A stretch of 64,000 nt of DNA. It comes from Magallana gigas (Eukaryota). This document shows positions 46,485-60,600 of this stretch, one piece after another. Within the stretch, counting starts at the first letter, position 1; each line of letters opens with the position of its first letter. The position numbers and the translations under genes were made by a program. The stretch lies in contig NC_088854.1 of the NCBI RefSeq assembly GCF_963853765.1, forward strand, positions 44,578,001 to 44,642,000. Reading direction: 5' to 3'. A model generated the notes under the pieces. The model was not told the origin of the DNA. It saw nothing but the letters and a program-made list of their open reading frames with translations, and ran no database searches.

Positions 46485-49400
46485 TTAATTGTGTTTGATT
46501 CTTTTTTTGACACTCGAACATAAATTACTTATATCCTCCTCAGCACCTGTCAGTCCCTTGAATTCGATCTTATTGATAATCAACTTGTAAAACAGGAAGA
46601 ACGCCACTAACAAGGTCAAGGTCACAAAAATGACGGCCCTCCCAACGACCACCAGATGACTGGTCTCTCGCTCCATCTCGGTGCACCAGAACCCGTAGAG
46701 AGCGATGGTGCAGACAATGCACAGAATCGTGTAAAACAGGTTGTCAGACCTCGCCTTGGTCAGGCCCTTCTGTACGATCGTCTTGGACTCCAGTAGTAGA
46801 TCGTATAGCTTATTCTCGTCAGTGGAATCTGGAGATTTTTCCAAATCTGGAATGCACCAAAATAAATTTGATTTCCAGAAATTTTAATGACAGCTCTAAA
46901 ATCTGATTCTGAAATCCATTTACTTAGTGTGAATATGTTCCATGCAAAAGTTAACTACATATAAACAATTTAACTTTTGATTTTATTTTGGACAGGGTTG
47001 AGGGGGTTTGCAGTTGTAGTGCATTTATATTATAATCTAAAAATGCACTACAGCTGCATGCCCCCTCCCCCCTATCATTTTTTATTTCATCACAATTGCC
47101 ATTTTTGTTAGTGTGCAAATTTAGCATGAGACAATTAAACCTACATGTTATACAGTATGATTGGTGAAAAAGCATAGAGAAAAAAGCACCATATATACTA
47201 AGTGTTTTTCATGTTTTGTTCATTTGGTCTTCAATTATTTTGATACATTTAAGTCAATACTATCATCAAAACTCCTAGTTTTTGATCAGGAAGATCATTT
47301 GTGGCTGGGCACCTTTTTTCCTTTGTACAAGCAGGCGAGCAGCCACTCCTTCATGATCCGAGTAGTTGTAGGGCTTGTCCGGGATTTTACCAAAGTCCAG
47401 CTTACAACTGCCCACCTCTACATCCACACCTGAGAAAATAAAACCCAGAATACTGATGGAATAAAACAAGTCTAATTAATTACCTGGAGGTGATAAATCA
47501 GCCAATATCAGGTTACCGTATAAGATATAATGAAAACAAGCTGGGTTTGTTGGGTCATTGACCAAAGAATGAGCAACCAAATGAAATATTTGACACATTA
47601 TATCTCCAATAGCTAACATTAATTATTATAATAAGATGAATGACAATTAATCAAACAGGGCACATTAAATAATAAGGTGAATATACATGTATAATGATGC
47701 TTGAATGTATATATATATATTAAGCTTATTAACGAAAATTATTAATTTAAATGTAAAATACCGTCTGAAATAATTAAATGCACTCAAACTTTGGAAAGGA
47801 TATATATCATTTGTTGGATATACCAATTATTATGCATTTCATTCATGTTAAAATCAATCAAAGGTTTCAATGTACGTGCATGTAGATATCAGTATTTGAA
47901 CACTGCTAGCTGACGTGATATAAATGTTATTCATAAATTCATATAAATGTTGTACACAGTCTGAAAAAACTTCCTTTGGTAGTCATTATACTTCAGTTTG
48001 CTTAATTAGCTTAAGTATATAGTCTGATAATACAGATAATATAAATGTTATTCCCTTGTACACAGTCTGAAAAACCTAACTTTGGTAGTCATTATATATA
48101 CTCCAGTCTGCTTAATTAGCTTATTTAAGTATATAGTCTGATATATTACAGTTAAAACAAGATGGTTGCAGCTTAACTGAAATACATGTACATGTACTTC
48201 AGTCCTGAACTGTCTCTAGGCTAGTAAATTAACAAAACAAATAAAGATATCTTAAGGAATTTTTTAAATTATCATATATGCCGGATATATTTTTGTATGT
48301 AAAAATAGGCCCCAAACTCTTTGATACATTTTTTCATACACATCTAGAGCTTTATTTGGCATATATCCAACACAAAGCATACGTCACAGTCTATTTATTT
48401 GTATCTGGTATATGTATACATGTATCTATGGCAACACCAACTGACCTATATGTACCAGTACATTACTGGACAGGTATATTCATTTATCAATACTCCGAAA
48501 ATTAAGGAGCTAGGCTGGATGGTCAACAAATTGGTCATCATCCTACCTCAAATTTTAAGGTATGATTTGTTTAGCTATATATATAACTATATAGTAAAGA
48601 AAAATCCTATGTTGAACCTTTTAAAATTGGGTATATTTTTTTTTTATATTTCTATATAGATTCTTCTTCTGCAGAACGATAGTCTAAAAATGGCCAAGGC
48701 CATATCGTACCCTCCTTTACAAACAATTTCATGGAACCCAAATTCTGCCATTATACACACGATACAAATGACTAATCATAGTTTTGATTTTTATCTTAAT
48801 TAATATGCAGCTGTGTACCTGGGTAGAATTGTCTTTTTAATGTTACCGAATATCAGTGGCCAAGCAAACCCGATATGGAATGTAATTAGTGTTACGCAGT
48901 TTTCCTAGGAAAAATTGTTGACATGCATTTTTTGTATACCATAATCCATTTTCTTGATAACTGACCTATTACATAATCATATCAATGATGTTAAAGGCAA
49001 GGTGAACGATATATCACCACAAAGTATTATAAAAGAAGAAATTTTTATTGTCTTAAAGTGGAAAACCTCCATATTGTGACATACTTGCTATCAAAATAAA
49101 CAATAAAATCAAGTATAACATTAAACAACTGTTTACCCTCAAATTCATAACCTAACAGCTTAGCGCAATAGGTTTTAGCATTAGCTACGTATCTGTAAGT
49201 CAAAAGTTTGAACCCTGCTGAGCCTTTATTATTTTTCCCATTTCAAAATTTTTTAAAAACATTTTTTGGGGTCAAATATTGTAAATTTTGAAAATTCAAA
49301 AAAGATGAAAGTAGTTTGATTACAATGTACTTTTATCCACATCAATATCAATATCAACAGGTGTCCCATACCACCTTAATGCATACACTGTGCACACATG

Positions 49401-50489
49401 CATAGACGGACAGACAACCAAACGAAATCAATGCCTTTTTATTATGCTCTCCGAAGAAAGCCAACTTCAAATTTGTTTATGTAAGCTATTTTCAAGTGTA
49501 TTAATTACAGCTTAAAGCTAAAAGATAATGTTCTACTCAATTTCATTGAAAATTCTGCTGAAATTACCCCATGAAACCTTCAAACCAAACACAATGAAAT
49601 AGCATTGATCTAAAGCGATATTCTCTTTTACATGGTAGCTAGTACATGATGTAGGAAATCAAGTGATGTGAAAATTTTTATTGTCTGAGAGCAATTTTCG
49701 TTACCCAACGTAAAATGACACAGAGTAATGTGTGTTACAGCAGTAGTAAATCGTACTTCACCTTGGTCTTTCCTGCGTTTAATTGCTTCACTCACCTTCA
49801 TTGGCCTTGTATAGGAGGTAATCCAGCCTTCGCCCCACGGGTTCTAACCGCTGGACATTGTGCGTGCTGAAACTGTTGTCTTTCCTCTCATTAGTGTGTC
49901 CTGATTCATTCTCCTCATTCTGTGGACAAAGTAATGGAAATAAAGAAGTGAATTGATTCACATTGTCAATTTAGATATTACCAGTATCTGTATTCCCTAG
50001 TCTTTTCATTAAATTCAAGGCATATTCTAAATGCTGGCCTGGACTGATTGGCCTGGTCTTGCCTCATATTTGGTCCTACCTCACTTTCGGTCTCAATTTT
50101 ATAGCTTACTCGCAAAATTTGACCTGACGTAAAAAAAAAAATTGGCATCATCTCAAATTTGTCCTCTTCAGACATTAATGGCATCATTTCTTTATCATCA
50201 ATTTAATTGTCTTACTTTTTCCTCCTTTTTATTAATTTTTTATTGATTTCTGTCTAGGAAACATGAAACAGCACACTTCCTGGTTTTCCCTATCTTTATA
50301 TTTATGTTTATTGTTAAGAACAAAAATATAACAAAATATGTTTGAATTGTATATATACCAGGGTTGTTAGATTATTTCACAGACATGGTGATTTGCGGAA
50401 AAATTACTGTGTACTTTGTTGGATGACGTATATCTTATTAAATGAGTGACTGCGCTCGTGTCGATTGAAAATAGGCAGTTACGTAGCAT

Positions 50490-50526
<37 letters not shown>

Positions 50527-53500
50527 GGGGGCCCACTTTTTCTTGCAGCAACTAATTTTTTAGTATATACATACAAAAAATTAAATTATCATGGAGTTGG
50601 CCCCCCACCTATTTGGTAGCATGTAAAAAATTGATATGAAGATAAGGAAATTAGGATTGAAATTGAAGTTATATACTACGCGTACAAAATATAAAAATAT
50701 CAAAAGCTGACATGCTCTATGAAGCATATCTTATCAATAAGCTGTACATTTTTTATGATGCATTTTAAAATAAAAAATCTTTACATATTTATCAGAATTT
50801 AAATTACTAGTACGTCAAGTTTAAAATGAAAAGTTTCGCTGGTATCGTGCAAATAGTCTGCTCACAATTAAAACTTCTAAGTTTTAAGTCCAAGATAAGA
50901 AAGAATATTAAATATAAGGATCATTGGGAAGAGTTGAGGTCAGAAAATCATGAAAAACATGCGAATGTGTATTTAAATTGCTCTCCCAAATTACTGATCT
51001 TCTAAGTACATGTGTATGATCGAGGGTTAACTTTATGAAAATACAGTTGAAGTTTGGAATCTCGCACACTGATATCTCGAATACAATGGATATGTCAAAG
51101 TGATTTGTAAGTCTAAACTACTTATTTTTTAAGTATTTTACTCTCGATATCACGTATATCTCGAAGTTTTTAAACAGTTCCATCTAGATAACAAAGTTTG
51201 ACTGTAATTTAAATTTTATAAAATTATCACAAAGATATTAAAGAGTTTAACTATTTTTAATGATGAAAACATTATAATTTAAAAAGATCTGCTAATTAAA
51301 CCATCCTTGGTATATACAAATACAGTAGTAATTCAACTTCAAGATTATCCACTTACACAATTCAAAACCTAAAGTTACTTAATTCTAGTTTGGATGACAT
51401 TTTATATGGAAAATATAATTACATTGTATTTATATTTATTTCAATATGTCAAGGTAATCTGCAGCAAATTATTTCTGGTACACGCTCTAGTTTAAGGAGA
51501 ACAATGCAAGGTTATAACATAGTTTCAATAATTATCAAGGATACATGTACTAGCTGACTTGGTACACCCATTAAAATTGAACTCTCCCTTGCAGCCAAAT
51601 GGTGTAAAATTATCTCCATTTATTGAAATTTCTTTGCAAGATATGGTAGTAGCATACAATTTTTTTCTTCATTTTTTTAACAAACAAATGAATTATATAG
51701 ATTTGTAGGTTCTGCCTTTAATCTTATGATACCTAAAGGGATTAGCAACACAAGGCCTGTTTATCATCAAAAGAAAAGAGATTAACTTATCTTTGATGAC
51801 TTATGCATGCTATCAAATTACTTCCTGTATCATATTAATCCATTCTGGTACTTTTGTCATGTAGATTCTCTGATTTTGAACATATTGATCAATGCAACTA
51901 TTGTGGAAAAAACTTACAGAAAATGTAAAGGCACTAAGTATTGAATTAAAACATTTCATTTTATTGAAAGACAGTTCTTCATACTTTTAGCTTTCAATTT
52001 TATAAAAATAAATTGGTTTTCATATTATCAAATGTGAATGATAAATGGTACACATATGCATGTACTTGCTTCCAACTTAACTCTGTGGGAGAAATTTTAG
52101 ACAAATGAGATTGTTTTTATCTGCCAACAATCCATAAAGCACCTCTCTTCAATGCTAGCATACACAAATCTCTAGCTATTGTTTTTGTCGATAAGAACAT
52201 TGCATAATAAACCCCTCAGCCTATGAGTCCAAGGGTCACTATTTTAACAATTAAGAATCTATGTTAAAAGAGGATGCTTGCAAAGTAATATCACAAATTG
52301 TAGCTTTGTAGTTCTTGAGAAATTTTTTTAGACTTTTACCCTATATATTTTTATGATAAATCTGAACCCCTCTTGGGTCCCCAGTATAAGTCCAGGGGTC
52401 ACAATTTTAACAGTTTATAATCTTAACTATATGTTCAAGCTTTGGTGTAAGTATTGGCATTTCTAGTAAAGTGGTTCTTGATCTTTAAAGACATGCACCC
52501 TATTTTCACTGTTTCGCAATTATCTCCCCTTTAAAAAGGGTTGTGCCCTTTATTTTTACAATTTAAAATCCTCTTCCCACAAGGATGCTTTGTCCCAAGT
52601 TTAGTTACATTTGACCCATTGGTTTTAGAGAAGAAGTAAGCAGAAAAGTTTATAGATGGACAGACGGAAAGACAACAGATGTTCAGAAAAGCTAACTTGA
52701 ACCTTGGTGTCAAATTAATTAAAAAACTATTCAATGAATCTGCTCTATCTGCAGTCTTGATATCGTCAAAGTAATTCATTTCTTAACCACATCTAGTGAT
52801 GCAGGTCAAGAAAACAGGGCCAATTTCAACTTCTTTTATTTTCAGTCAAATGTTCAACTTACTTTTGCGAGCCAACAGTCATGTAAGTTTCCATTGGTGA
52901 CAATCATCTTGTATCCTAGGTCAGTGGGTCGAAGGTTAAAGTCACCCCCAACAATGGCCAAGTCACATGACCCTGATGTATACTTGATGAACTGGCTCAT
53001 GTCAAATGCCTGCGCCACACGATGGGCAATGTATTCATCCGATTCCATATCATATTCAGCATGCAGCTGAAAGCCAACAAATTAATATGTATGATAAATG
53101 AGTGATGAAAATATGAAAAATAATGGGTTTTTTCTGAATTTCTTTTCCTCTGGTTTGTTCTACACAGTCTTATCGACTAGCTACATTACATGCATTAAGA
53201 TTCAATGCCATCAATTATTTTAAGTACAATTCTGAAAGGTCTCATGCTATCTCTGTTATCTGTTATCCTTACAGGGCAACATCTGTAAGGTAATAAAGGG
53301 TAGCATACAGGTTATCAAGCACTTGTACAAAATTCGACAATAAGTCCATTTGTAAAAATAGAACAGCTTCCCTAAAAACAAGGACATATTATTGAATCAA
53401 ATTTATCAGCATACCCACACTTACATGGGTACAGTATATGTTGATGCTGATTCCCTGGATGGAGACTCTACACATACCCAGGCCCTTCCCACCAAACCAG

Positions 53501-56500
53501 TCCCCATGCTGAACCTTGTGGAAGTAGCCGTTCAGTGGAAACAGGTGGTAGAACGAGTCCTCTATAGCAAGCTTGGAGAAAACACAGACACCGCTCCCTA
53601 TGGTCCCACTGCAACGGGATCAAACATCACGAATAACATTTAAATATTAGAATCAAGCAATAACTTTCTATAAACCATTTATTATTGAAATATATGAAGG
53701 AATTTGAATTCCACTTATGTGCTTGACAGAACTTCTAGCTTTCTGAGGAGATTTAGCATAACAACCACCTAAAGAGCATTCAGTTAACCATTTTTCCATT
53801 TTCATTCATATTACATTATTACATTACATCCTAGAATGGCATGCAAAAACGAAGTATTAACAGAAGGTGGAAATTTTACTAAACATTTCTTCAAAAGGTG
53901 AGATATGTTTTAATATCAAGAAGCCAATGGGCCTCATCAGTCACCTGAGTAACTGAATTGTGGTTTTTGCAATGAATATTTGTGTGCAATATAATAACAG
54001 GGCCAATCATTTTTAGTATTCCAGAATTTTTTAATCCAATAAACTTTCTAAATCCTAAAAAAAAAAAAATTAAAAGATTGTAGCATAACATACAGTGGAA
54101 TAATTGAAAACATCAATTGAAATTACACTACCCTGCCCTATATAATAATTAGAGCCCTGCCCTAACAACCAGAACCCCTGACCAAGGGCCATGAAATTCA
54201 CAATTTTGGAAGAGACACTCTTTCACATCATAACTATATATTTATAGTTTATCTGCTTATCAATATACAGGATCAAAGGAGAAAATTTCCAAAGAATCAA
54301 CACATTTTCACTATATAATCATTAGAGCCCTGTCCTTATACCAGAACCCCGGACCCAAGGGTCCATGAACTTTACAATTTTGGAAGAGGCATTTTTCCTC
54401 ATCATTATTATGTACTTAGTTTATCTGCTCAATACACAGGAGCAGAGGCGGAGATTTTTGAAGAATTCATACATTTTCACTATATAATCATTTGAGCTCC
54501 ACCCTAACACAACAACCCCTGACCCAGGGGCCTTGAATTTCACAATTTTGGAAGAAGCATTCTTCCTTATCAGTACTACCAGTATGTACTTAGATACTCT
54601 GCTGAATATTCAGGAGCAGAGAAGATTTTTGAAGAATTAATGCATTTTCCCTGTAAAATCATTAGAGCCCTGCCCTAACACCAGAATCCCTGACACAGAA
54701 GCCATGAGATACCAATCAATTTTGGAAAGGCAAGCTTCCTCATCATAACTATGTACTTAGTAGCTTTATACCCAGGAGCAGAGAAGAAGATGTTCAAAGA
54801 ATTAATGTGTTTTCACTATATAATCATAGAGACCCATCCTAACACCAAGACCCCTGACCCAGGGGCCCGGATGATGAACTTAACATTTATTGGAAGAGAC
54901 ACTCTTCTAGTTACTCTTTGAGTTACTCAGGTGACCTAATAAATGCAGAACAATCTTCCTGGCTCAAACCTTTGATTATCTGAGTTGAAGAACCTTAATT
55001 TTTTATTATTTATGAATGATTTCCTTATACAGGTACATGTAAATATTTAAGAGTTTTGGCCCATTGCATCGTGGGGTCACTATTTTTCCCAAATTTAAAA
55101 GATCAATGAACTCTAAATCAGAACAAGCTTGGTCAAAGAACTATGTTGATTAAGATTTACTGCAAGACAAAACAGAGTGAAATGCTTCCGTTACCTTTGA
55201 AAGTAATGACAATATGGCATCGTCTTCAGTATGTGTTGCTGCAGAAGTTTATAGTCACTTTCAGCCCATACCTGTTTCAGAGAATCCACAAAAAAAGATA
55301 AGAGGTTAAAAACAATAACAATAAAAGTTACCACTTCATATCAAATGATTTTAAGGCAATCATATCTGATACAAAATACTCGTCTTGTAAAAATGCAGCT
55401 TAAATTGTACATTTCAAAATTAACTTTTTAATAGTTACATGAATATAATATTTTGTGCTTCAGTATTTGCAATGAACATATCATCTTTACATTTCAGTGC
55501 GAGTGCATGGCTACATCAAATGGGCTCTAGCTAATTAAAGCATTGTCTGAACTTGCAGGGTTTTTTGTAAGCAAAGATTTTCTTCCACAAAAATTATTAC
55601 CTACTCTATAGCTGTATTAGCTTTGTTTTTACATAAGAACCAGAGAAAAAAACTATTATTTTAACCTCTTGCAAGATAACAATGTCAAAATTCCTCTTGG
55701 AAATCTCTTCAGCAATAGATAGGAATCGCTCTTTCCTATATTTGCATGCAAATGGCACAGGAACACCCCTGAAAATTTAAAAATAAAATTAATTTAGAAG
55801 TTTCATTTCTGCATGTCTGAAGAAGCATGAATTTGTAGCAAAGAAAAATACATGAACATTATAACCTCATCATCAAGTAGATATTGTGACTGAGTAAGTA
55901 ACATTACCGTATTTAGAGTAAATACATAAATTTTAATATTAGCCCAAAGTCATTTAACCAAATTTACCCTTACTTTCAAACAACTCCCTTAGATTAAGTT
56001 TTCTCCCATTTTGATGTGTTGTTTTCTTTGTTGCTTAACTGGTGCATAAAAAACATGATATCAGATCATATATTCATACTACCATTTTTACTAATGTGTC
56101 TGACCAGTTAGTTCATTTGGGCCAGAAACATGTAGCTCAATTGGTGGTGCACTAGAGAGAAAAATTTTACCGTGACCAGGCTGCGCTCAGGTCACAGTAA
56201 GAATTCATCCCATATACTTGCAATGTAGCAGCCGCATCAATATTAAGTCTGTTAAAAATAATCTGCAGGGAAAAAACGCATTTTTATGCAGTACAAACCT
56301 TTTTGAACATGCATAAGTAGCTAGTTAAGTCCACATAAAATACCAATTTAATGGGCCGTACCAAGGCATTTTTGTTAATTTTCACATTTGAATTTGCCTG
56401 CCTTTGTTGGAAATCGCACTCGGAATTTCTCGGATTTTATCATGAACATGGTGACTGTAAACAGCGAATTTTCAAACATGATGTTAAATGTGACAGTGAT

Positions 56501-57337
56501 TTTGTTGCAAAAAAGTTAATGTGGTAAAATGGGATTATAAAAGAGCAACATTGTAGGTATTTGAGACCAATCATATGAATATTTAGGCGACATACAATGC
56601 AATATTTTTTTTTCATTTGCTACGAAGCAAGTATAGGGGACGAATTCTATTGTTAAACCAGGTCCGTAGGACATCAAAGAGTCTAATGGTGCACCAGACT
56701 AGAGATTCAGGAGGCCCACATTTGGATTTGACATTATTACTCCCATCCTGTTATATTTGGTGCCCCAACCATTGGCGACCCATCCTTGGAACAGATAGGT
56801 TACCTCCTGCCAGGGTAATGAACTTTGGATGCATATATACAAAGGTCATTTAAAGCTCAACACTACTCGTAAAAGGCATAGTACGCCTATTTTCCTATCA
56901 TTGCAGCTATTTCTACAACCCTTATTATGTTATATAAGCTGCACACCTTATAACAGTCCAAAGTATTTCGCTGTAGGGTTCTAACCTGTAACCTACATCT
57001 TCCGATCTTACATCGCTGTGTTACTCGGTCGCTACGAAATTATTATTCTATGCACTTCCTCTAGGCCAGGAGTATACTGCCATTATATATACAGGTGCAC
57101 CGTCAACAAACAGAAAAAATGTCCATAAAACAAAGCAGCTGGTAAAGATTTGAGTGTAAAGATTTTTTTAAATCAATTCTTAAATATCAAGCACATGTTC
57201 AGATGGGACTTTTTATGCTATATCTAGCTTTTATTAAAACGATTCATAAAGTTTCCATTTAACAAATATATATATATACCGTACCAACAATTCAACGTTA
57301 ACACTTCCAAAGAAAACTGCTTTTCCTCCGCCGACAT
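46485..57337 (-). CDS. SMPD2: Neutral sphingomyelinase 1 (sphingomyelin phosphodiesterase 2), 407 aa
   Basis: 8 exons (minus strand): 57285-57337, 55666-55768, 55195-55271, 53425-53608, 52863-53066, 49796-49919, 47313-47429, 46485-46846 (1224 nt). EEP-fold motifs TLNCWG, LQEVW, GSGVCVFSK, HGDWFGGKG, THLHAEY, GGDFN, RLDY and SDHEGV, followed by two C-terminal hydrophobic helices. The donor at 47312 (GTGCCC) is weak. Confidence 0.93.
47915..48150. repeat. ~106-bp tandem duplication in an SMPD2 intron
   Basis: TTGTACACAGTCTGAAAAA...TTTGGTAGTCATTATA...GCTTAATTAGCTTA...AGTATATAGTCTGATA occurs at 47950 and 48056. Confidence 0.85.
49057..49375. mobile_element. TTAA-flanked MITE (Kolobok-like) carrying a degenerate tRNA-like segment
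   Basis: TTAA|AGTGG..AAACCTCC at the left and CAGGTGTCCCATACCACC|TTAA at the right. Internal A-box-like TAGCGCAATAGG and B-box-like AGTTTGAACCC. Confidence 0.55.
51044..51204. mobile_element. Tc1/mariner-type MITE (TA|CAGT...ACTG|TA)
   Basis: TA target duplication, imperfect TIRs CAGTTGAAGTTTGGAATCTCG / CAGTCAAACTTTGTTATCTAG, and internal GATATCTCGAA repeats. Confidence 0.7.
52210..52710 (-). mobile_element. Helentron/HINE-like element fragment
   Basis: Reverse-oriented satellite-like units (AAGGATGCTTTGTCCCAAGTTT...GAAGAAG) followed by GGACAGACGG microsatellite-like sequence and CAGAAAAGCTAACTTGA. Boundaries approximate. Confidence 0.55.
53915..54943 (-). mobile_element. Helentron/HINE-like non-autonomous element with ~4.5 tandem ~170-bp repeats
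   Basis: Sub-terminal GTCACCTGAG motifs in inverted orientation (about 53941 and 54927). One end is CAAGAAGCCAATGGGCCTC, the other CTCAGGTGACCTAATAAA. Repeat units start at about 54149, 54321, 54490, 54661 and 54826. Confidence 0.75.
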
Positions 57338-57613
57338 CTTCAACACTCAGACTGATCACGAGAAGGTCGTCGACGACAAATTCGATACCGGATGTTTATT
57401 GCTTTTGTATAAAATCTGGCACTGTGGACGCTTGAAATCCGGAAAACTAATTGTGTGCTCGCGCAGATTTTCCTGGCATGTAAAATATAAAAAAAAACGT
57501 TATTAAAAATCTAGGAAAACGATAGATATTTTGGACTAAGAAACATTAGCTAGTCATATAAAAAGTTATATGCTTTCCACTTTTCAGTATTTTTGCTCTT
57601 TATGACCAAAGTA

Positions 57614-57618
<5 letters not shown>

Positions 57619-57690
<72 letters not shown>
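57619..57690. repeat. (CT)n microsatellite
   Basis: Perfect CT run just upstream of SMPD2. Confidence 0.98.
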
Positions 57691-57692
<2 letters not shown>

Positions 57693-60600
57693 ATTTGCAA
57701 TCAAAGAATGAATAAACCATATAAATTCAAGACTGCAGGGTTTCTCTTAGACCGTGATTTACATGTTAATATGCTATTTGCGGCGTATAGGCTCTATCAC
57801 AGTGGACCATTATGACTGGAACTTGGAACTAAAGCGACAAGACTTATTCCGATCATGCACAAAACCTGAACATTTATCAAAGTGTCAGCTTACCGATGGT
57901 CTTTCAAAACACGGAATTGTTATTCGTCGCATTCAAATATATGGAATCTTACATTGAGACTTCGTGGCGACAAGTTCAGAATACAAAACATTAATTTACA
58001 CGATTCCTGACAACTATATATCGATCTTTGAGTTAATTTTACATCGTATCATTCAATGCAAAAGTGATTGCATTTTTTTCCATGTTGAAATATGTTTTTT
58101 TTTCATTTAACATCTCTATATTATTACAACATAAGCTGCAACTTTTGTAGCAAATGTTAAAATTTCTTACTAATATTCATATATATTTTCTTCATGCACA
58201 AAAAGACACCTATACGTACTATTGAAGCTGTGGTTAAATCAAATTATTGCCACCATGTACCAAAATTGTTTTGCATATATTTCATTGAACTACAGAAATA
58301 TTTCTTCTAAAACGACTTCACTATTTGATTTATTTTTGCTCATTAAATTACCTGTAGAATTAATCACAACACCACTTTTATGCACCAGAATAAAATTTTG
58401 AAAATATACAGACAACTTATATTTCAAAGGTAACTTTCTGCGCGCTTAAAATGCCACCTTGCAATTTAGAGGAATACAGCAGTAGTGTTTTCTTTTACAA
58501 TGTCAGTACATGTGAAAATTGATAAAATGATTCTTTGATCTTTGCTATTTTCATTGGTATTGATCAAAATACTTCTTTACACGAATTTTGTTTATTAGAA
58601 GAATATATTTTTGGGGGGAAATGTCATACATGCACTGCACGTGGCGATTTTTTTTCTTTCAGTTAAATGTCATCATGCAATGTAAAAAATAAATGTTTAC
58701 TTGAAAGTAAAATGTCAAATTTTGAACATACATTAACCGAGAAAAAAAGATAGTGAGTACGAGTAATTTCAATATTTTTCATATCATTTGTTTCTTAACT
58801 CAAATCGTCTACCTTTGAAGTGTCACCACGCATGCAATATGAATGATATGTACCACTTATAAACATGAGCTAGTTCGTGCTAAGAATATTTTTGTCGGAC
58901 TTGCAAACTTCTAAGAAAAGTATAGATCCATCTTTATATCGACAACCAGAGTTCTTGAAGCAAATTCTTTCTAGTTCTGTCGTTTACTGAAATTCAGTTA
59001 CATGTTATTTCAGAACCATTTTAACAAGAGCTTGGACTTTGAGTAACAATGTGACGTATGCTTGTCTATTCCAATGTCGGCCATGGCTCGCTGAAATCAA
59101 CAAGATTTTTCTGGCTTTTGAGCTAAGACTACCCAATCGGTGCACATTTCGCTTGAAACTGCGTCATTTTTAGTTTGTTTTGACTTAAGAATTAGATAGC
59201 TACGTCCTACTAAAAGTCCAAGGTCTTGTTTAAATCGTTTTAGTTTAGTCAGGAACAGTTCTAATTAGTCTGAGTTTATAAATACATGTACATCTACATG
59301 TACCTGCTATATAATTTATGTTGTACAATGGAAACCGAATCTTGACGTTGATTTAGTTTGCCTCATCAATAAAAGCATAAAAATGTGATTAAGTTGTCTA
59401 TTAAAACTAGCATTCGATAACAAGAATTTAATTTGTACAGATTTTGTCGATTATTTAGTAGCTGCAATAATGTAGCCCTCTCCCGATTTTTTCCCAGTAG
59501 ACATTAGATTTAAAAATCGTAGATGGCTATATTATTGCAGCTAATCATTTAGATATGCAGCCTCGAATCAGTTCATTGCAGTAAATTTCGCTCAAAAATC
59601 ATGCAATGGCACAAGAGGTATACATGTGGAACTTTTGTAAAGGTACACCATGGTAATGATCATACAGAGACTGTGAGGAGAAAAGACACAATTACATGTA
59701 TCACTCTTCAAATAACCACATAAGTCTCGTAAAGACGAAGATTAACTAGCCAGACATAATTTCAAATTCCCTAATTTATTTGTCGACAATGGAAATAAAA
59801 TGAAAGGCGTTGAATTCAAGCTACATACAGTACTAGCGTACATGTACATCTCTATAAGTCAAGCGAAAGGAAAACCTGTATGGACGAGGGTCCTGGAATA
59901 GTCAGGTAAGTCGGAATTGTACTTCGTCACTTTCATTTCATATCATACACATGGAATTCAAAATGTCGTTGACTATATATATTTTGAGAGTAAACCTTTT
60001 TATTGAAAAAAAATCATATCCTGACTTTGCTTTTAATGGTGTCACTTGCAAGCGTTTATTAACAGTCTATTCAGAAAAAAGCACCGTTGGGCTGTTCTTC
60101 TGGACATCTTACAGGACTATGACTATAATGAGAATATCACACCTTTGTTCGTTAAGAGCTCTTGTCTTTATTCTTTATTAATCTGAATAGAGTATACAAA
60201 CAAGGGGGGTGTAGAAAAGGACGAATTTCGCCCTCTTAACCTTGAGAGACTGAAGTGCCTGAAAATCAATCCGAGTGAACATGGAATGCTAATACTTTTA
60301 TTCTGATTCATGATATTTTACGTTTGGTGCAGATTTCTATGGGTTCAAGCCTCGGTAAAGAGAGCGGTTATCATTAAGGAATCAATGCCGATTCTTGATA
60401 CACGTGCGGACTTTCTGCAAAAGGATACAATATTGGCGACGCAATTATCAAGAAAAAAACGACGCCGACGCGTGATAGAAAACTGAATTGGCTTTTCATA
60501 AGGAGAAAGAAAATATTAAATATAATAAGCATATCTGAAGGACAGGTACATATATAGATGGACGAAATACGAAAGCGTGGGTTTAGCTGTTGTTCGTTCG

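Noticed and set aside
50367-50576. Poly-proline ORF
   Set aside because: It is the translation of a poly-G run inside a repeat fragment.
54149-54900. Regular ~170-bp array considered as CRISPR-like
   Set aside because: The units are whole diverged tandem monomers with no repeat/unique-spacer structure, in a eukaryotic intron with no cas genes.
56125-56210. TAGCTCAATTGG A-box-like sequence suggesting a tRNA gene
   Set aside because: There is no B box or cloverleaf.
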